Assembly: GCA_041665465.1 (NCBI GenBank)
Contig: JBAYIU010000001.1
Location: forward strand, 985,332 to 1,049,331
Reading direction: 5' to 3'
Source: Candidatus Woesearchaeota archaeon
Lineage (GTDB): Archaea > Nanobdellota > Nanobdellia > Woesearchaeales > GW2011-AR9
DNA: 64,000 bases
Shown here: positions 47,116-57,331 of the stretch, piece by piece
Numbering within the stretch: the first letter of the stretch is position 1
How the letters are laid out: the number at the start of each line of letters is the position of its first letter
The notes under the pieces: model-generated
What the model was told of the DNA's origin: nothing
Seen by the model: only the letters and a program-made list of their open reading frames with translations
Database searches by the model: none
Made by a program: the position numbers and the translations under genes

Positions 47116-47781
47116 ATGTGGTTAGCTAAAATTAAATATCATCATGATGATTGCGTTACCCTGTCCAAGGTGGTTAAGCACCAAGTTACCGCTTACGCTG
47201 TCCCGGGCAATTCCTTTTCTGATTCAAAGTTTATCTACAGCACTGGTTTCTTAATGTTAGTCGGAGAAGAAAAGAATAAGAGGAATTTCATCCGTGACTT
47301 AAAGAAAGACAAAAAAGTGTTAAAGGTGGAAGTAAATCATGACTTGATAATGTTTGTAGAGAAAAATCCTTTAGATCATCCGGAATATGCTGTCTTTAGA
47401 TCTCCGGAAATCATGACCACTAAACCGGTTTATTGTAATCCCGAAGATGGTTTTGAATATTGGAACGTCTGTGCTTGGGATAAAAAACATTTGCAGAAGT
47501 TTCTAGTTGATATCAAGAAGATTGGTGAAGCTCATTTGATAAGTATTCAAAAGATGAAACTGCAAGATCTGTATCAATTCCATCTCAGTCCGCGCTTGAC
47601 TTCTAAGCAGAAGCAAGCTTTAGATTTAGCCATGAAGTTTGGCTATTATGACCTGCCTCGCAAAACGGATATTGTTGAATTAGGAAAAAGAATGAAGATC
47701 TCTCATCAAGCCTTTTCTGAACATTTGAGAAAGGCAGAAGCGAAGTTGCTGCCGATGTTGGCTGAAAGTTTTGTTAAGTGA
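47116..47781 (+). CDS. Transcriptional regulator with C-terminal HTH_10 (Bat-type) DNA-binding domain
   Basis: LTSKQKQALDLAMKFGYYDLPRKTDIVELGKRMKISHQAFSEHLRKAEAKLL. Confidence 0.7.
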   Translation: MWLAKIKYHHDDCVTLSKVVKHQVTAYAVPGNSFSDSKFIYSTGFLMLVGEEKNKRNFIRDLKKDKKVLKVEVNHDLIMFVEKNPLDHPEYAVFRSPEIMTTKPVYCNPEDGFEYWNVCAWDKKHLQKFLVDIKKIGEAHLISIQKMKLQDLYQFHLSPRLTSKQKQALDLAMKFGYYDLPRKTDIVELGKRMKISHQAFSEHLRKAEAKLLPMLAESFVK

Positions 47782-47865
47782 GTAAAAATACTTTCACCTG
47801 CAAAGTAAAATAAGAAATAAGTGTCTGTTTAGTGTTTCTTCTGATTTAGGTGTTCTGGAAGAAAA

Positions 47866-48582
47866 ATGACTATCGAAGATGACGTTTGGAGCAAGAAACA
47901 CTATCATATTGAAGACGTAACCAAATATGACTTAACACCTGTCCCTTTCTTAGTAGAAACTGTTCCTTTCTTTAAGAGTAAGGGAATAACCTCTATCTTA
48001 GATGCTGGGTGTGGTCAAGGAAGAAATAGTTTGTATTTAGCTCAACAAGGTTTTTTCGTTCATGGTATTGATGCTTCGGAGAAGGCCGTACCTCTATGTA
48101 GGGAATTATTAGAATCACATCAACAGTTCCGTTATTCTGTTCATCAGCACCGATTACAAGAGTTGAGTGGGTTGTTTCTTCCAGATGTGCTTGAAGTCAT
48201 TGTGAGCGTAACCGTTCTTACTCATATTTTAGATGCAGATCAGGTCATTAACGAATTTTATACTGTGCTTCGTTCTGGTGGTTATGTGCTAGCAGATTTT
48301 GCTAATCTCGATGATTCTACTTATGAATATATCTCTAAAGGAGAAAAAGTAAGTGCTAATGCCTTCTTAGAACAAGGCACGACTGTAGTTTATCGCACTA
48401 AAGATGAAGTTGAGAAACTATTTCCTCCACAACAGTGGAAGATTCAGAAATTGGAGGAAATTAAGTTTATTGAACCTCCTCATCCCGGATCAAGGCCATT
48501 TGAACATGAACATTGTTCTTATGTAGTTTTAGCTCAATCTAAGAAATTACCTCCTAAAAAAAGGTGGAAATGGTTTTCTTAA
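47866..48582 (+). CDS. Class I SAM-dependent methyltransferase (TehB-like)
   Basis: Motif I ILDAGCGQGRNSLYLA. Confidence 0.7.
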   Translation: MTIEDDVWSKKHYHIEDVTKYDLTPVPFLVETVPFFKSKGITSILDAGCGQGRNSLYLAQQGFFVHGIDASEKAVPLCRELLESHQQFRYSVHQHRLQELSGLFLPDVLEVIVSVTVLTHILDADQVINEFYTVLRSGGYVLADFANLDDSTYEYISKGEKVSANAFLEQGTTVVYRTKDEVEKLFPPQQWKIQKLEEIKFIEPPHPGSRPFEHEHCSYVVLAQSKKLPPKKRWKWFS

Positions 48583-48636
48583 CGATTTTTCACTACCGTC
48601 TCCTCATCCGTAATCCTTATAAACCCCGACCTTTCC

Positions 48637-50298
48637 TTGGGAAGTATGGTAGATGTGAACAACGGTAACGGTGTAAGAAAAACCGCAGAAGATCTAGCTA
48701 AAAAGCAAAGAGACATCTCTATCGCTGAATTCTTCGAGAAAAACAGACATCTTCTAGGTTTTGATAACCAGAGAAAAGCCCTCCTTACTACTATTAAAGA
48801 AGCAGTAGACAATGCTCTAGATGCTTGTGAAGAAGCTAGAATCCTTCCGGAAATCAATGTAGAACTTATCCAGATGGGAGAAACCCGTTTCCGAGTAATC
48901 ATCGAAGATAACGGGCCGGGAATTGTTAAAGAGCAAGTTCCTAAGATTTTTGCTAAATTATTATACGGGTCTAAATTTCATAAATTGGCCCAAAGTAGAG
49001 GTCAGCAAGGCATTGGAATTTCTGCTGCTGTTTTATATGGGCAATTAACTACTGGAAAACCAGCCACGATCATCTCTAAGACCGAGCCGGGAAAAAAGGC
49101 TTACACTTGTAAGTTAAAGATCAATACCCAGAATAACATGCCCGATATCCAGGAAGAAGCTCATGTGGAATGGGAAGGCAAAGATCATGGAACTAAAATT
49201 GAGATTGACTTAGAAGGTTCGTACATGAAAGGGAGACAGTCTGTAGATGAATACCTAAAAGAAACTGCTATCGTCAATCCTCACGCCACTTTTATTTATA
49301 CTAATCCGGAAGCCAATCAAACTATCTTCTCTCGAGCAACCAATAATCTTCCTCCAGAACCTAAAGAAATTCAACCCCATCCTTACGGTGTAGAGTTAGG
49401 AAAGTTGATTAAAATGTTAGAGTTGACTGATTGTAAAACCTTACAACAGTTTTTAACTACTGAATTTTGCAAAGTGGGAGTGGGCACAGCTAAAGAGATC
49501 TGTGAAAATTCTTCTTTGTTGCCTAATACTAAACCTAAAGATTTCACTCGAGAAATGGCGGAACAATTGTTTCAAGGTATCCAAAAAACCAAGATTATGT
49601 CTCCTCCTACTGACTGTTTAAGTCCTATTGGTCAAGAATTATTAGAAAAGTCTCTTAAGAAAGAGATTAACGCTGAATTTTATACCGCTATCAGTAGACC
49701 GGTATTCGTCTATCGTGGTAATCCATTCCAAGTTGAAGTGGGAATCGCTTATGGTGGAGCTCAACCCAAGGATGAACAGGTTACTCTTCTAAGATTTGCT
49801 AATCGGGTTCCTTTATTATATCAACAAGGAGCTTGTGCTTTTACTAAGTCAGTATTAACTACTGCTTGGAAACCTTACGGATTAAATCAAAGCAGTGGGT
49901 CTTTGCCCATCGGTCCGATTACTCTCTTATTACATATTGCATCAGTATGGGTTCCTTTTACTTCTGAATCAAAAGAAGCCTTAGCTCATTATCCGGAGAT
50001 AATTAAAGAAATTAAGTTAGGATTACAAGAAGCGGGAAGAAAATTACAATCTTATGTCCATAAGAAAGTCAAAGTGCAGAATCAGCTTGAGAGAGCTAAT
50101 ATGTTTGACAATTATATCCCGGAAGTGGCTGATGCCTTAGCTCGATTAACTGGTGAGAATAAAGATGCTTTAGTAAAGAAACTTAAAGAGATGATCAAGA
50201 AAGAATCTATCCAAGCTCAGATCAATCAGATGCAAACTCTTAAAGGAGAAGTGGAAGAAGACACTAAGTTAGCTGAAAAGAACGAGGATGAAGATTAA
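48637..50298 (+). CDS. top6B: DNA topoisomerase VI subunit B
   Basis: GHKL/Bergerat ATPase motifs ([18 protein letters not shown], GxxGxG), transducer domain. 553 aa. Confidence 0.9.
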   Translation: MGSMVDVNNGNGVRKTAEDLAKKQRDISIAEFFEKNRHLLGFDNQRKALLTTIKEAVDNALDACEEARILPEINVELIQMGETRFRVIIEDNGPGIVKEQVPKIFAKLLYGSKFHKLAQSRGQQGIGISAAVLYGQLTTGKPATIISKTEPGKKAYTCKLKINTQNNMPDIQEEAHVEWEGKDHGTKIEIDLEGSYMKGRQSVDEYLKETAIVNPHATFIYTNPEANQTIFSRATNNLPPEPKEIQPHPYGVELGKLIKMLELTDCKTLQQFLTTEFCKVGVGTAKEICENSSLLPNTKPKDFTREMAEQLFQGIQKTKIMSPPTDCLSPIGQELLEKSLKKEINAEFYTAISRPVFVYRGNPFQVEVGIAYGGAQPKDEQVTLLRFANRVPLLYQQGACAFTKSVLTTAWKPYGLNQSSGSLPIGPITLLLHIASVWVPFTSESKEALAHYPEIIKEIKLGLQEAGRKLQSYVHKKVKVQNQLERANMFDNYIPEVADALARLTGENKDALVKKLKEMIKKESIQAQINQMQTLKGEVEEDTKLAEKNEDED

Positions 50299-50300
50299 AC

Positions 50301-51452
50301 ATGGCTAAACCTGAACAAAAGAAACTTACTGATGAACCAAAAACATCTTCTCGTCAGTCAGGATACTCTTCTAATCAAAAGACTCCCGCTCAAGAGTTAG
50401 TTGGTCTTGGAAAGAGTGTAGTTCAAGACATCAATAAAGGACAAAATCCTAAAATTGAACTTTCAGTTAGGGGGTTGAGTAATGTTGTCTATGATAAGGA
50501 GTCTAAGACACTCGGTCTGGGAGATAAGACTGCACAAAGATTCTTTTTCAATGTAGCTCATACTAAAAAGTTCTTACAGACCATTGAAGTAGCTTCAGTA
50601 TGTAAGGACCTATTAGATGTCAATAAGCATGCTAGTCTGAGAGATGTATTCTATATGGTTAAACGTACCATCCCCAACACTAAAATTAACGTGGTGGATG
50701 AACAAAAAGAATCAGATAAAGCTATTGAAGATCTCGAAATTATTACTGAGTTTCCTCGTGAATCTTTACACGTTAACGCCAACAAAATGGGTAGTGTCGC
50801 TGGTAAGGTAATCATTGAAGATTCTGGAGATACTATCGATTGGTCCAAACTTGGTTCTGGAGGATGGTCTATCCCTAGTAATGTTGAAAATATTACTTTC
50901 AAGAAAGTTGATGCTAAATATGTGATGTACATGGAAAAAGCTGCCGTCTGGGAAAGATTGCACGAAGATCGCTTTTGGTCTAAACAGAATTGTATCATCA
51001 TGTCTTCTCAGGGTCAAACCACGCGAGGAATAAGAAGATTATTACAAAGGTTAAGTACTGAACATAACTTGCCTATCTATATCTTAACTGATGGTGATCC
51101 GTGGGGATGGTATATCTATTCCGTTATTAAGTATGGTTCTATCAGTTTAGCACACATGGCGGAAGAGATGGCTATCCCCACAGTTAAATTCTTGGGAATA
51201 ACTTGTGATGATATTGTTAATTATGATCTGAAACGACATTTCATTAAATTGACAGAACAGGATATCTCTCGTATGAAACAAATGCAGGCTTATGAATGGT
51301 TTGTCAAGAATAAAGATTGGCAACGCCAGTTCAAGATGATGAAAGAGTTCAATGCCAAAGTGGAAATCCAAGCTTTATCTTCTAAGGGTATTTCCTTTAT
51401 CTCTGAGAAATATTTACCTGAGAAGATAAAGAAGCAGGATTTCTTGGATTAA
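50301..51452 (+). CDS. top6A: DNA topoisomerase VI subunit A (Spo11 homologue)
   Basis: Winged-helix CAP region with catalytic Tyr context. Toprim LTDGDPWGWYI. Confidence 0.9.
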   Translation: MAKPEQKKLTDEPKTSSRQSGYSSNQKTPAQELVGLGKSVVQDINKGQNPKIELSVRGLSNVVYDKESKTLGLGDKTAQRFFFNVAHTKKFLQTIEVASVCKDLLDVNKHASLRDVFYMVKRTIPNTKINVVDEQKESDKAIEDLEIITEFPRESLHVNANKMGSVAGKVIIEDSGDTIDWSKLGSGGWSIPSNVENITFKKVDAKYVMYMEKAAVWERLHEDRFWSKQNCIIMSSQGQTTRGIRRLLQRLSTEHNLPIYILTDGDPWGWYIYSVIKYGSISLAHMAEEMAIPTVKFLGITCDDIVNYDLKRHFIKLTEQDISRMKQMQAYEWFVKNKDWQRQFKMMKEFNAKVEIQALSSKGISFISEKYLPEKIKKQDFLD

Positions 51453-51456
51453 GTTC

Positions 51457-52050
51457 TTAAAACAATTTCTGTAACTTTTGCCAGAGAGTTGGTGCATATT
51501 TTCTTTGTAGTTGTTGGAGTTCTTGGGGGGTTACTTCATCAATAGGTTTACTTCTGAAACATTCTTCCCAACTTCTTTCCATAATCTCTTTATGAGGATA
51601 AATGAAGATTGCTCCGCCGTAAGTTAGACTGTCTGGCAAGTATCTTGTGCCGGATGGGAAGAGTTGTAATGGTTCGTTCTCTTGCTTGAAGATTGGAATG
51701 TTATATTCCTCTTTATCAAATTCTACTTCTTGCACCGGAACGTTATAAACCACTTTTATATTTCCTACATTTCCCCAAACGTATTCCCTTTTGGAGCTAC
51801 CTTCAGGAAGTTCTTTTAAGTTGGGGATTAAAGAAGTTACAATCCTATTAAGAGATTGATTTAATTTTTTGGAAGAAAGAGGTCCTTCTTTTGGTGCAGC
51901 AACATAAATTAGCGAGCGGGTTAGTGCGACTGTAGGGTTAAATCTTCCCAAACCATAAAATGCGGAACGAAAAGGCCCTTTCCAGATTAAATCCTCTCTA
52001 TCAAGACAAGTTTCTAATCCGGCTTGTAGCGGGTGGTAATTATTGGTCAT
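51457..52050 (-). CDS. Hypothetical protein (197 aa), last gene of a four-gene unknown cluster
   Basis: Clean ORF. No motifs. Confidence 0.45.
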   Translation of the reverse strand: MTNNYHPLQAGLETCLDREDLIWKGPFRSAFYGLGRFNPTVALTRSLIYVAAPKEGPLSSKKLNQSLNRIVTSLIPNLKELPEGSSKREYVWGNVGNIKVVYNVPVQEVEFDKEEYNIPIFKQENEPLQLFPSGTRYLPDSLTYGGAIFIYPHKEIMERSWEECFRSKPIDEVTPQELQQLQRKYAPTLWQKLQKLF

Positions 52051-52065
52051 GTGTTAATCTCTTAG

Positions 52066-52647
52066 TTATTTTAGTCCTAATGCTTCACTCACGAAGTCAT
52101 ATAATCTGCTTCGTAGATAATCTGAATAATCTGCATCCACATTTGGAGGTTCTAATATGAATGGTCTCTTCTTTTCTGAACCGTGAAATCCAGATATGGC
52201 TAATAAAGATTGATGTAATTGGTTAACTCGATAATCTACACCTTTACCTAAGTCTGGTGCTCCGCTTTCTGGGGTTATCTTAACTTGTAGGGCCCAATTT
52301 AATTTTTTGAATGAATCTAAAACCGTAACCACTAATCCTGATTCTTCTTGTAAATCTCCTAGAACGTCGATTGGAATAGGAATACAATTCATTCTTCTTC
52401 TTTTCCCGTGATCCCAGTAATTCATCCTTCCTCCAACCCTTCCTGAAAAATGTGGGTTGGTAGTAGGATATACTCCTCCTTCTATCGCTTTTGATAAAAG
52501 TCTCAGATATCCATTTTCTACCTTAGAAGTAATAGTAATCCCATGATTGCTGCGATTATATCGCTCTAATTGGTCTGTAGTAAAATTTGAAAAGTAACCT
52601 TCCAAGTATTCAATACTTACTGAATATATTTGCAATCCATCAGTCAT
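52066..52647 (-). CDS. Hypothetical protein (193 aa)
   Basis: AGGTGA RBS-like motif upstream. No motifs. Confidence 0.45.
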   Translation of the reverse strand: MTDGLQIYSVSIEYLEGYFSNFTTDQLERYNRSNHGITITSKVENGYLRLLSKAIEGGVYPTTNPHFSGRVGGRMNYWDHGKRRRMNCIPIPIDVLGDLQEESGLVVTVLDSFKKLNWALQVKITPESGAPDLGKGVDYRVNQLHQSLLAISGFHGSEKKRPFILEPPNVDADYSDYLRSRLYDFVSEALGLK

Positions 52648-52683
52648 ATTTCACCTATAAAATAAAATAAAAAATGAATCTCT

Positions 52684-53094
52684 TTATCTTCTGGAGAACT
52701 CAGCTTCATCTACATCCATTGGGACTAATCCTTTTGGTTGCAAATCTTCTTGAATCGCTGCAATCTTAATCATATCTTCTAGCAAATCTTGTCTTAAAGG
52801 TAATCTTGTATCGATATCCACTCTAACCTTACCTTCTCCTTTAGGAATTGATACTTGATAAGTTGTTTGTACTAACATGGTAAGTCCGGTTTGATAAATG
52901 GTAGCATTAGGGCCATCGATAATATATTTTTGGGGGATATCTGCTCCTCTCCTAGCTGCGGTTTGAAGATCTAAATTTTCCGTATACTCTAATCCCAATG
53001 CTCTTCTAACTATTCCATCCATCCCATCTTGTGGTTGAACAAAAAAGGAACCTCTATACGCTCCTTGCGGAGTTCTTTCATAGTGAACTTTCAT
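52684..53094 (-). CDS. Hypothetical beta-rich protein (about 136 aa from MKVHYE)
   Basis: Strong GGAGGAGAAAAATG RBS-like context at the internal Met. The ORF track extends to 53130. Confidence 0.45.
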   Translation of the reverse strand: MKVHYERTPQGAYRGSFFVQPQDGMDGIVRRALGLEYTENLDLQTAARRGADIPQKYIIDGPNATIYQTGLTMLVQTTYQVSIPKGEGKVRVDIDTRLPLRQDLLEDMIKIAAIQEDLQPKGLVPMDVDEAEFSRR

Positions 53095-53105
53095 TTTTCT
53101 CCTCC

Positions 53106-53504
53106 TTAAACCGAATTCAAGCAGCTGCAAACGGTATATCCATTATTCAATGCTTCTAATCTTGAATCAAACTTGATTTTATTAATTCTCTTAATATTCT
53201 TGGCGAAAACACATTTAGAATCATGAACTTTATCTGCTAGCATAGAAGCTACATATTCTGGTTTTTTATCTTCCTTAACAATTTTCTCAATTACAACTTC
53301 TTTCACTTCCTGTTTTCTGAACTTAGCAATCTGTAATTCTAAGTTTAGTTTCTTGATCTGTAAAGAAAGTTCGTTGTTCTTTTGAGATAATCCTTCCATC
53401 TCGGTTTTTAGTCTGTTCATCTCATTATACAAAGCATAGATGTCTTCTCTAGCGCTTCTGAATGAGACTTTAGTGTTTTGTTCTAGTTGGTGTGGTGTGA
53501 TCAT
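53106..53504 (-). CDS. Coiled-coil protein with C-terminal Cys motif resembling an Ada-type zinc-binding domain
   Basis: N-terminal heptad region. C-terminal KCVFAKNIKRINKIKFDSRLEALNNGYTVCSC. Confidence 0.45.
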   Translation of the reverse strand: MITPHQLEQNTKVSFRSAREDIYALYNEMNRLKTEMEGLSQKNNELSLQIKKLNLELQIAKFRKQEVKEVVIEKIVKEDKKPEYVASMLADKVHDSKCVFAKNIKRINKIKFDSRLEALNNGYTVCSCLNSV

Positions 53505-53683
53505 ATTTAAGTAACCTCTTAAGCTTAAAAAGTGGTCTTTATTTATAAATTTATCCCTTTTAAGTAGTAAAGCCCTACTTCTCTTCCTAACCTATCCATT
53601 GCATTCATTTCTCTCTACCATAGATATCTTTAAATACCGCCCGTTTCCTGAAATATTAGAATAAACTTACAATTAGAAAAAGG

Positions 53684-54094
53684 GTGATTAATATGGATAT
53701 CCGCAGAACCAGAACATGTGAACGCTGTCGGAATGTTGTTCCTTTAGAGAAAGTTAGACTAGTTCCGAAAAATAATGAATTAAATATGCTTGTTTGTGAT
53801 GCTTGCGTGGAAGAGATGCGTACTTCTCCTCTAAGTAAGATTACCAATTCTCAATCTCGTTACGTGGCTGAACAACCTAGAGTTAAGGTTTCTAATGCTT
53901 CTTCTCCCACTCAGACGAAATATTCTTGGTCCAGTCAGAAGATTGCTCCTTTACCTACTCCTAATTATGGGAGATATGTATGTACTCATTGTAATTACGT
54001 ATTCAGACTAGATCGAGCAAAAGCAGGACTAACTTATGGGGCCAAATGTCCTTATTGTGGTCGTACTGACAAAATTAGAATGAAACGAGATTAA
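53684..54094 (+). CDS. Double zinc-ribbon protein with Ser/Thr/Pro-rich linker
   Basis: CERC...CDAC at the N-terminus and CTHC...CPYC at the C-terminus. Confidence 0.5.
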   Translation: MINMDIRRTRTCERCRNVVPLEKVRLVPKNNELNMLVCDACVEEMRTSPLSKITNSQSRYVAEQPRVKVSNASSPTQTKYSWSSQKIAPLPTPNYGRYVCTHCNYVFRLDRAKAGLTYGAKCPYCGRTDKIRMKRD

Positions 54095-54103
54095 GGTGAA
54101 CTC

Positions 54104-54880
54104 ATGCTATATCTTCATAATTTAAATCATCTTACTCCCAAAGCAGCAGACGTAGAAAGCGTGCCTTTAATCAGGGAGATTAAACAAAATGTAGGATATC
54201 CTCTTACTGAAGCTAAACTTAAACAACACTTACAAGGATTTTTTCCTACTGAAGATGATTTAAATAAGATTGAATTTTCTTTATTATTAGTTGCACCTAC
54301 TTTAGAACAAGTGGCGAAACTAGCAGAAGAGAAGAACGAAATGTTGCACGAGCCTGCTTCTTTAGTCCGTGCTAAGCAGATTTTAGATGAAATGCCTCCT
54401 GCTTTAGAGAAAAATCTTCAATTTGCGCATCAAATCCATGAATGGCAGAACATCTTCTTTATTGAAGCGTTAGAAATATTTAATGCTCTTCCTAAATTAA
54501 GGACTATGGATGAGAAAAAAGCTTACAATGAACGTTTGAACGAGATCTTTCGAATGATTCTGCGTAATCCCGAGTTTGCCTTTAATTTCTGGGACTTAGT
54601 AAATGAATCTCACACCAGTCATATTGAAGGATTGATTGAAAGTTTCAATAAGGGATTTATCTTCCACTTTACTTTAGAGGAAGAGTTGAAAAAATTAAGT
54701 TTTGACCAAATCCGTTCCAGAATCCCTGGGGATCGTATTGAAGAAGTAGAGAAGATAAAAAGAGGAGTGATGGCCATCAAGAATGGAGTGGAATTATCTT
54801 ACAACTTCAATCGGAAGATGGTAGATTTATCCGTATACTTATATTCTTACATCAAGTGGCTGAATCAGCCCATGTTGTAA
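54104..54880 (+). CDS. Hypothetical helical protein (258 aa)
   Basis: Clean ORF. No motifs. Confidence 0.45.
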   Translation: MLYLHNLNHLTPKAADVESVPLIREIKQNVGYPLTEAKLKQHLQGFFPTEDDLNKIEFSLLLVAPTLEQVAKLAEEKNEMLHEPASLVRAKQILDEMPPALEKNLQFAHQIHEWQNIFFIEALEIFNALPKLRTMDEKKAYNERLNEIFRMILRNPEFAFNFWDLVNESHTSHIEGLIESFNKGFIFHFTLEEELKKLSFDQIRSRIPGDRIEEVEKIKRGVMAIKNGVELSYNFNRKMVDLSVYLYSYIKWLNQPML

Positions 54881-54883
54881 TTA

Positions 54884-55564
54884 TTATTTTTTCTTACCTA
54901 TAATCATCTCTCCATAAGCACTTAATTCTTTAGGAACATTAAACTGTTCTAAATCTGCATCTTCAAAACCAGTGTCACTAATTACTATCCCTCCTACAGA
55001 AAGCTTTTCTAAGATTCTTCTTTCGTAATCTGGAATCTGTTCTCGCATAATTCTAAACGCTTTCTCAAAGTAAAGATGATAATTAGGAAGTTTAGAGAGA
55101 ATTTCAGCAATATCTCCTTCAATAAACTCTAAAGCAATTAATTGGTCCTTCCAATAAAAAGTGATTCGATTCTTCTTCTCTGCAAAGCTAACTCCCACCT
55201 CATCCAGTTGAGTTTTAAGTACACTTAGGGCTTCATTTTCATCAATAAAGATTAAGTTTGCTGCTTTAACTTCTGGGAATAATCTTTCTAAGTAAATTAA
55301 AGGGGAGAACAGGTCTACTCCACATCCGGGATAGATTAAGGTGGGGTTATCAAAAGATAGATTAATCTTAGAGATCTTCTCCAATTGTTTTAACTGGGCA
55401 TAATCTTCGTCAAAAAAGTACTCTTTTAATTTTTCTTCGTTTACTTTATTCTTTGGATCTAGTCCTTTGGCTTTAACTTCTCTTTCTTCGTAAACGATTA
55501 AGTTAGGCATAAATTTTAACAAAAATTCCGACATATTTAAAAGTTGTTTAGAGTTTTTACCCAT
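54884..55564 (-). CDS. Hypothetical Rossmann-like protein. Start trimmed to an internal Met because the longest ORF would overlap the tRNA-Arg gene
   Basis: LIYPGCGVDL glycine-rich loop. The ORF-track start at 55606 overlaps 55569-55662. Confidence 0.4.
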   Translation of the reverse strand: MGKNSKQLLNMSEFLLKFMPNLIVYEEREVKAKGLDPKNKVNEEKLKEYFFDEDYAQLKQLEKISKINLSFDNPTLIYPGCGVDLFSPLIYLERLFPEVKAANLIFIDENEALSVLKTQLDEVGVSFAEKKNRITFYWKDQLIALEFIEGDIAEILSKLPNYHLYFEKAFRIMREQIPDYERRILEKLSVGGIVISDTGFEDADLEQFNVPKELSAYGEMIIGKKK

Positions 55565-55568
55565 TAAG

Positions 55569-55662
55569 GTCCCGTAGCCTAGCCTGGACGTCATTAGACG
55601 AGGCAAATAAGGCGACAGCCTTCTAAGCTGTAGATCGGGGGTTCAAATCCCCTCGGGACCGC
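55569..55662 (+). tRNA. tRNA-Arg(UCU) with a single non-canonical intron (about 19-20 nt) in the D-loop and no anticodon-loop intron
   Basis: Acceptor GGUCCCG/CGGGACC with discriminator G. D-stem GCCU/AGGC enclosing a 29 nt loop region. Anticodon stem ACAGC/GCUGU. Loop CUUCUAA with anticodon at 55623-55625. T-arm GGGGG-UUCAAAU-CCCCU. T-tract follows. Confidence 0.7.
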
Positions 55663-55676
55663 TTTTTATTATCTGG

Positions 55677-57092
55677 GTGATTCTTGCTACTAAAATGACT
55701 GACACTAAATTATATCTTCCAAATTTAACTCGAAAAAGTATTGATGAGTTAGATCGAGATTTTCGTGCGAAAGATGCTTTCTCCGAGGTAGAGAGGGAAG
55801 TTGGTTCAAAGACAAAATTACAACGTTATGAACGTCCAATTGAAAACTTGTTTCTATTCTATTATTCTCCTGAAGACGTGTTTTATCGGAATGGTTTATT
55901 CAATGAATTACTAGATAACACTGATTTCAGAAAGAAGTTTGATGTAGTTTATCATGGGATTCCTAAGTCTAGACTTCCAAGTGAAATAAAGACCGAGGGA
56001 GAATGGGGAACAGAACGTAGTGAGGCTTCTCTGCGCAGTGATTTATATTTGATTAACCAATATCTTAACTTTCCTAAGGCCTTAGAAGCCATGGCAGAAC
56101 TTCCCGGAACAGCTGAAGCCATTCAGGATTTAAGAAAGTTTGGAATAGAAGCCAGAAGAAGTTTAGATAATTATATTAAAATCATTCCTGCTTTGCAAGT
56201 AAAACCGTTAATCAAAGGAAAAGGAGAATTGGATATTGAATGGGGTAATCATTGTCTTGATCAAATTATGCCTTATTATGAGTTAATCCGCCGTGCTCGA
56301 GGAATATATTTAGATATGAGAACCTATTTAGCGTCGTGTATTCCTTACGAACTAAAGTATGAAGGAAAAAGAATCCCTTCTTGCGCTCCCGTATTCTTAG
56401 ATCCGGAAAGAAGAGAAGGAACCATTCTTCGGGCTTATCATCCTGCTGAATTTAAGTATGGTAAAGATAAGCGAGGAAGAACCATCGTTACTGAATTAAA
56501 TGTTCCAAATGATATTCGCTGGGGCAAAGAGGCACGTAATACTTTTGTTAATGGAGCAAACAGTCAAGGAAAATCTTTCTATCTTCGTACCATAGCTTTA
56601 AACGTGCAGATGGTTATGGCGGGATTGCGTCCGTTTGCAGATTATTGTGAATTATCTTTGCCCAGAAAGTTATTCTCTTGTTTAGATATGGGTGATTCTT
56701 TAGGAGAAGGACATTTCATGACCGGAGGAAATAAAGTCTTAAAAATGACAGAAAATGCTACTTTACAAGATTTAATATTTTTGGATGAAACCGGAGCAGG
56801 AACAGAGCCGGCAGCGGAAAGGGAGATAGCTAAAGGAATCTCTGATGCTTTAATTGAGATTGGGTTTACTTCTTGGAATGTTACTCATGATCGTGGAGCA
56901 TGGGAAGGGTATACTGAAAAAGAAGGTGTCCGTTTCTTGAGGGTGGCTGATTTAGATGACTCAGAAAGAAAATATCAAGTTTGGCCGGGAATTGCTCAAG
57001 GAGGTTATGCCATGAAGATTGCTCGAGAGAAATGTATTGATCCTGAGTCCGTTCGTGAGAAATTGAAAGTAAGATCTCTGATTAGGGGCTGA
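55677..57092 (+). CDS. MutS-family ABC ATPase (domain V-like; MutS2/archaeal MutS-like)
   Basis: GANSQGKSFYLRTIAL (Walker A), LIFLDETGAGTEP (Walker B), GHFMTGG. Confidence 0.65.
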   Translation: MILATKMTDTKLYLPNLTRKSIDELDRDFRAKDAFSEVEREVGSKTKLQRYERPIENLFLFYYSPEDVFYRNGLFNELLDNTDFRKKFDVVYHGIPKSRLPSEIKTEGEWGTERSEASLRSDLYLINQYLNFPKALEAMAELPGTAEAIQDLRKFGIEARRSLDNYIKIIPALQVKPLIKGKGELDIEWGNHCLDQIMPYYELIRRARGIYLDMRTYLASCIPYELKYEGKRIPSCAPVFLDPERREGTILRAYHPAEFKYGKDKRGRTIVTELNVPNDIRWGKEARNTFVNGANSQGKSFYLRTIALNVQMVMAGLRPFADYCELSLPRKLFSCLDMGDSLGEGHFMTGGNKVLKMTENATLQDLIFLDETGAGTEPAAEREIAKGISDALIEIGFTSWNVTHDRGAWEGYTEKEGVRFLRVADLDDSERKYQVWPGIAQGGYAMKIAREKCIDPESVREKLKVRSLIRG

Positions 57093-57158
57093 TTATCCGT
57101 AAATTTCCCAAAACTTTTCAAAAACTATATAAATAAACTAAGTTAATTCATTTCTCAA

Positions 57159-57273
57159 AGCGCCCGTTGCTAAGCGGCTAAAGCAATCGCCTGCAGATTC
57201 GTTAGGATGAGCTTCTTAGGAAGCGATGAACAGAAGATAGCGATCATTCGAGGGTTCGAGTCCCTCCGGGCGC
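57159..57273 (+). tRNA. tRNA-Cys(GCA) with canonical 37/38 intron (about 42 nt)
   Basis: Acceptor GCGCCCG/CGGGCGC with discriminator U73 (Cys identity). D-arm GCUA-AGCGGCUA-AAGC. Anticodon stem AUCGC/GCGAU. Loop CUGCAG with anticodon at 57192-57194. T-arm GAGGG-UUCGAGU-CCCUC. CTATATAAATA box upstream and T-tract downstream. Confidence 0.8.
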
Positions 57274-57331
57274 TTCATTTTTCTTTTCGAATCATTTAAA
57301 TAATCATTAATAATCCTTTATTTGTTGAAAG

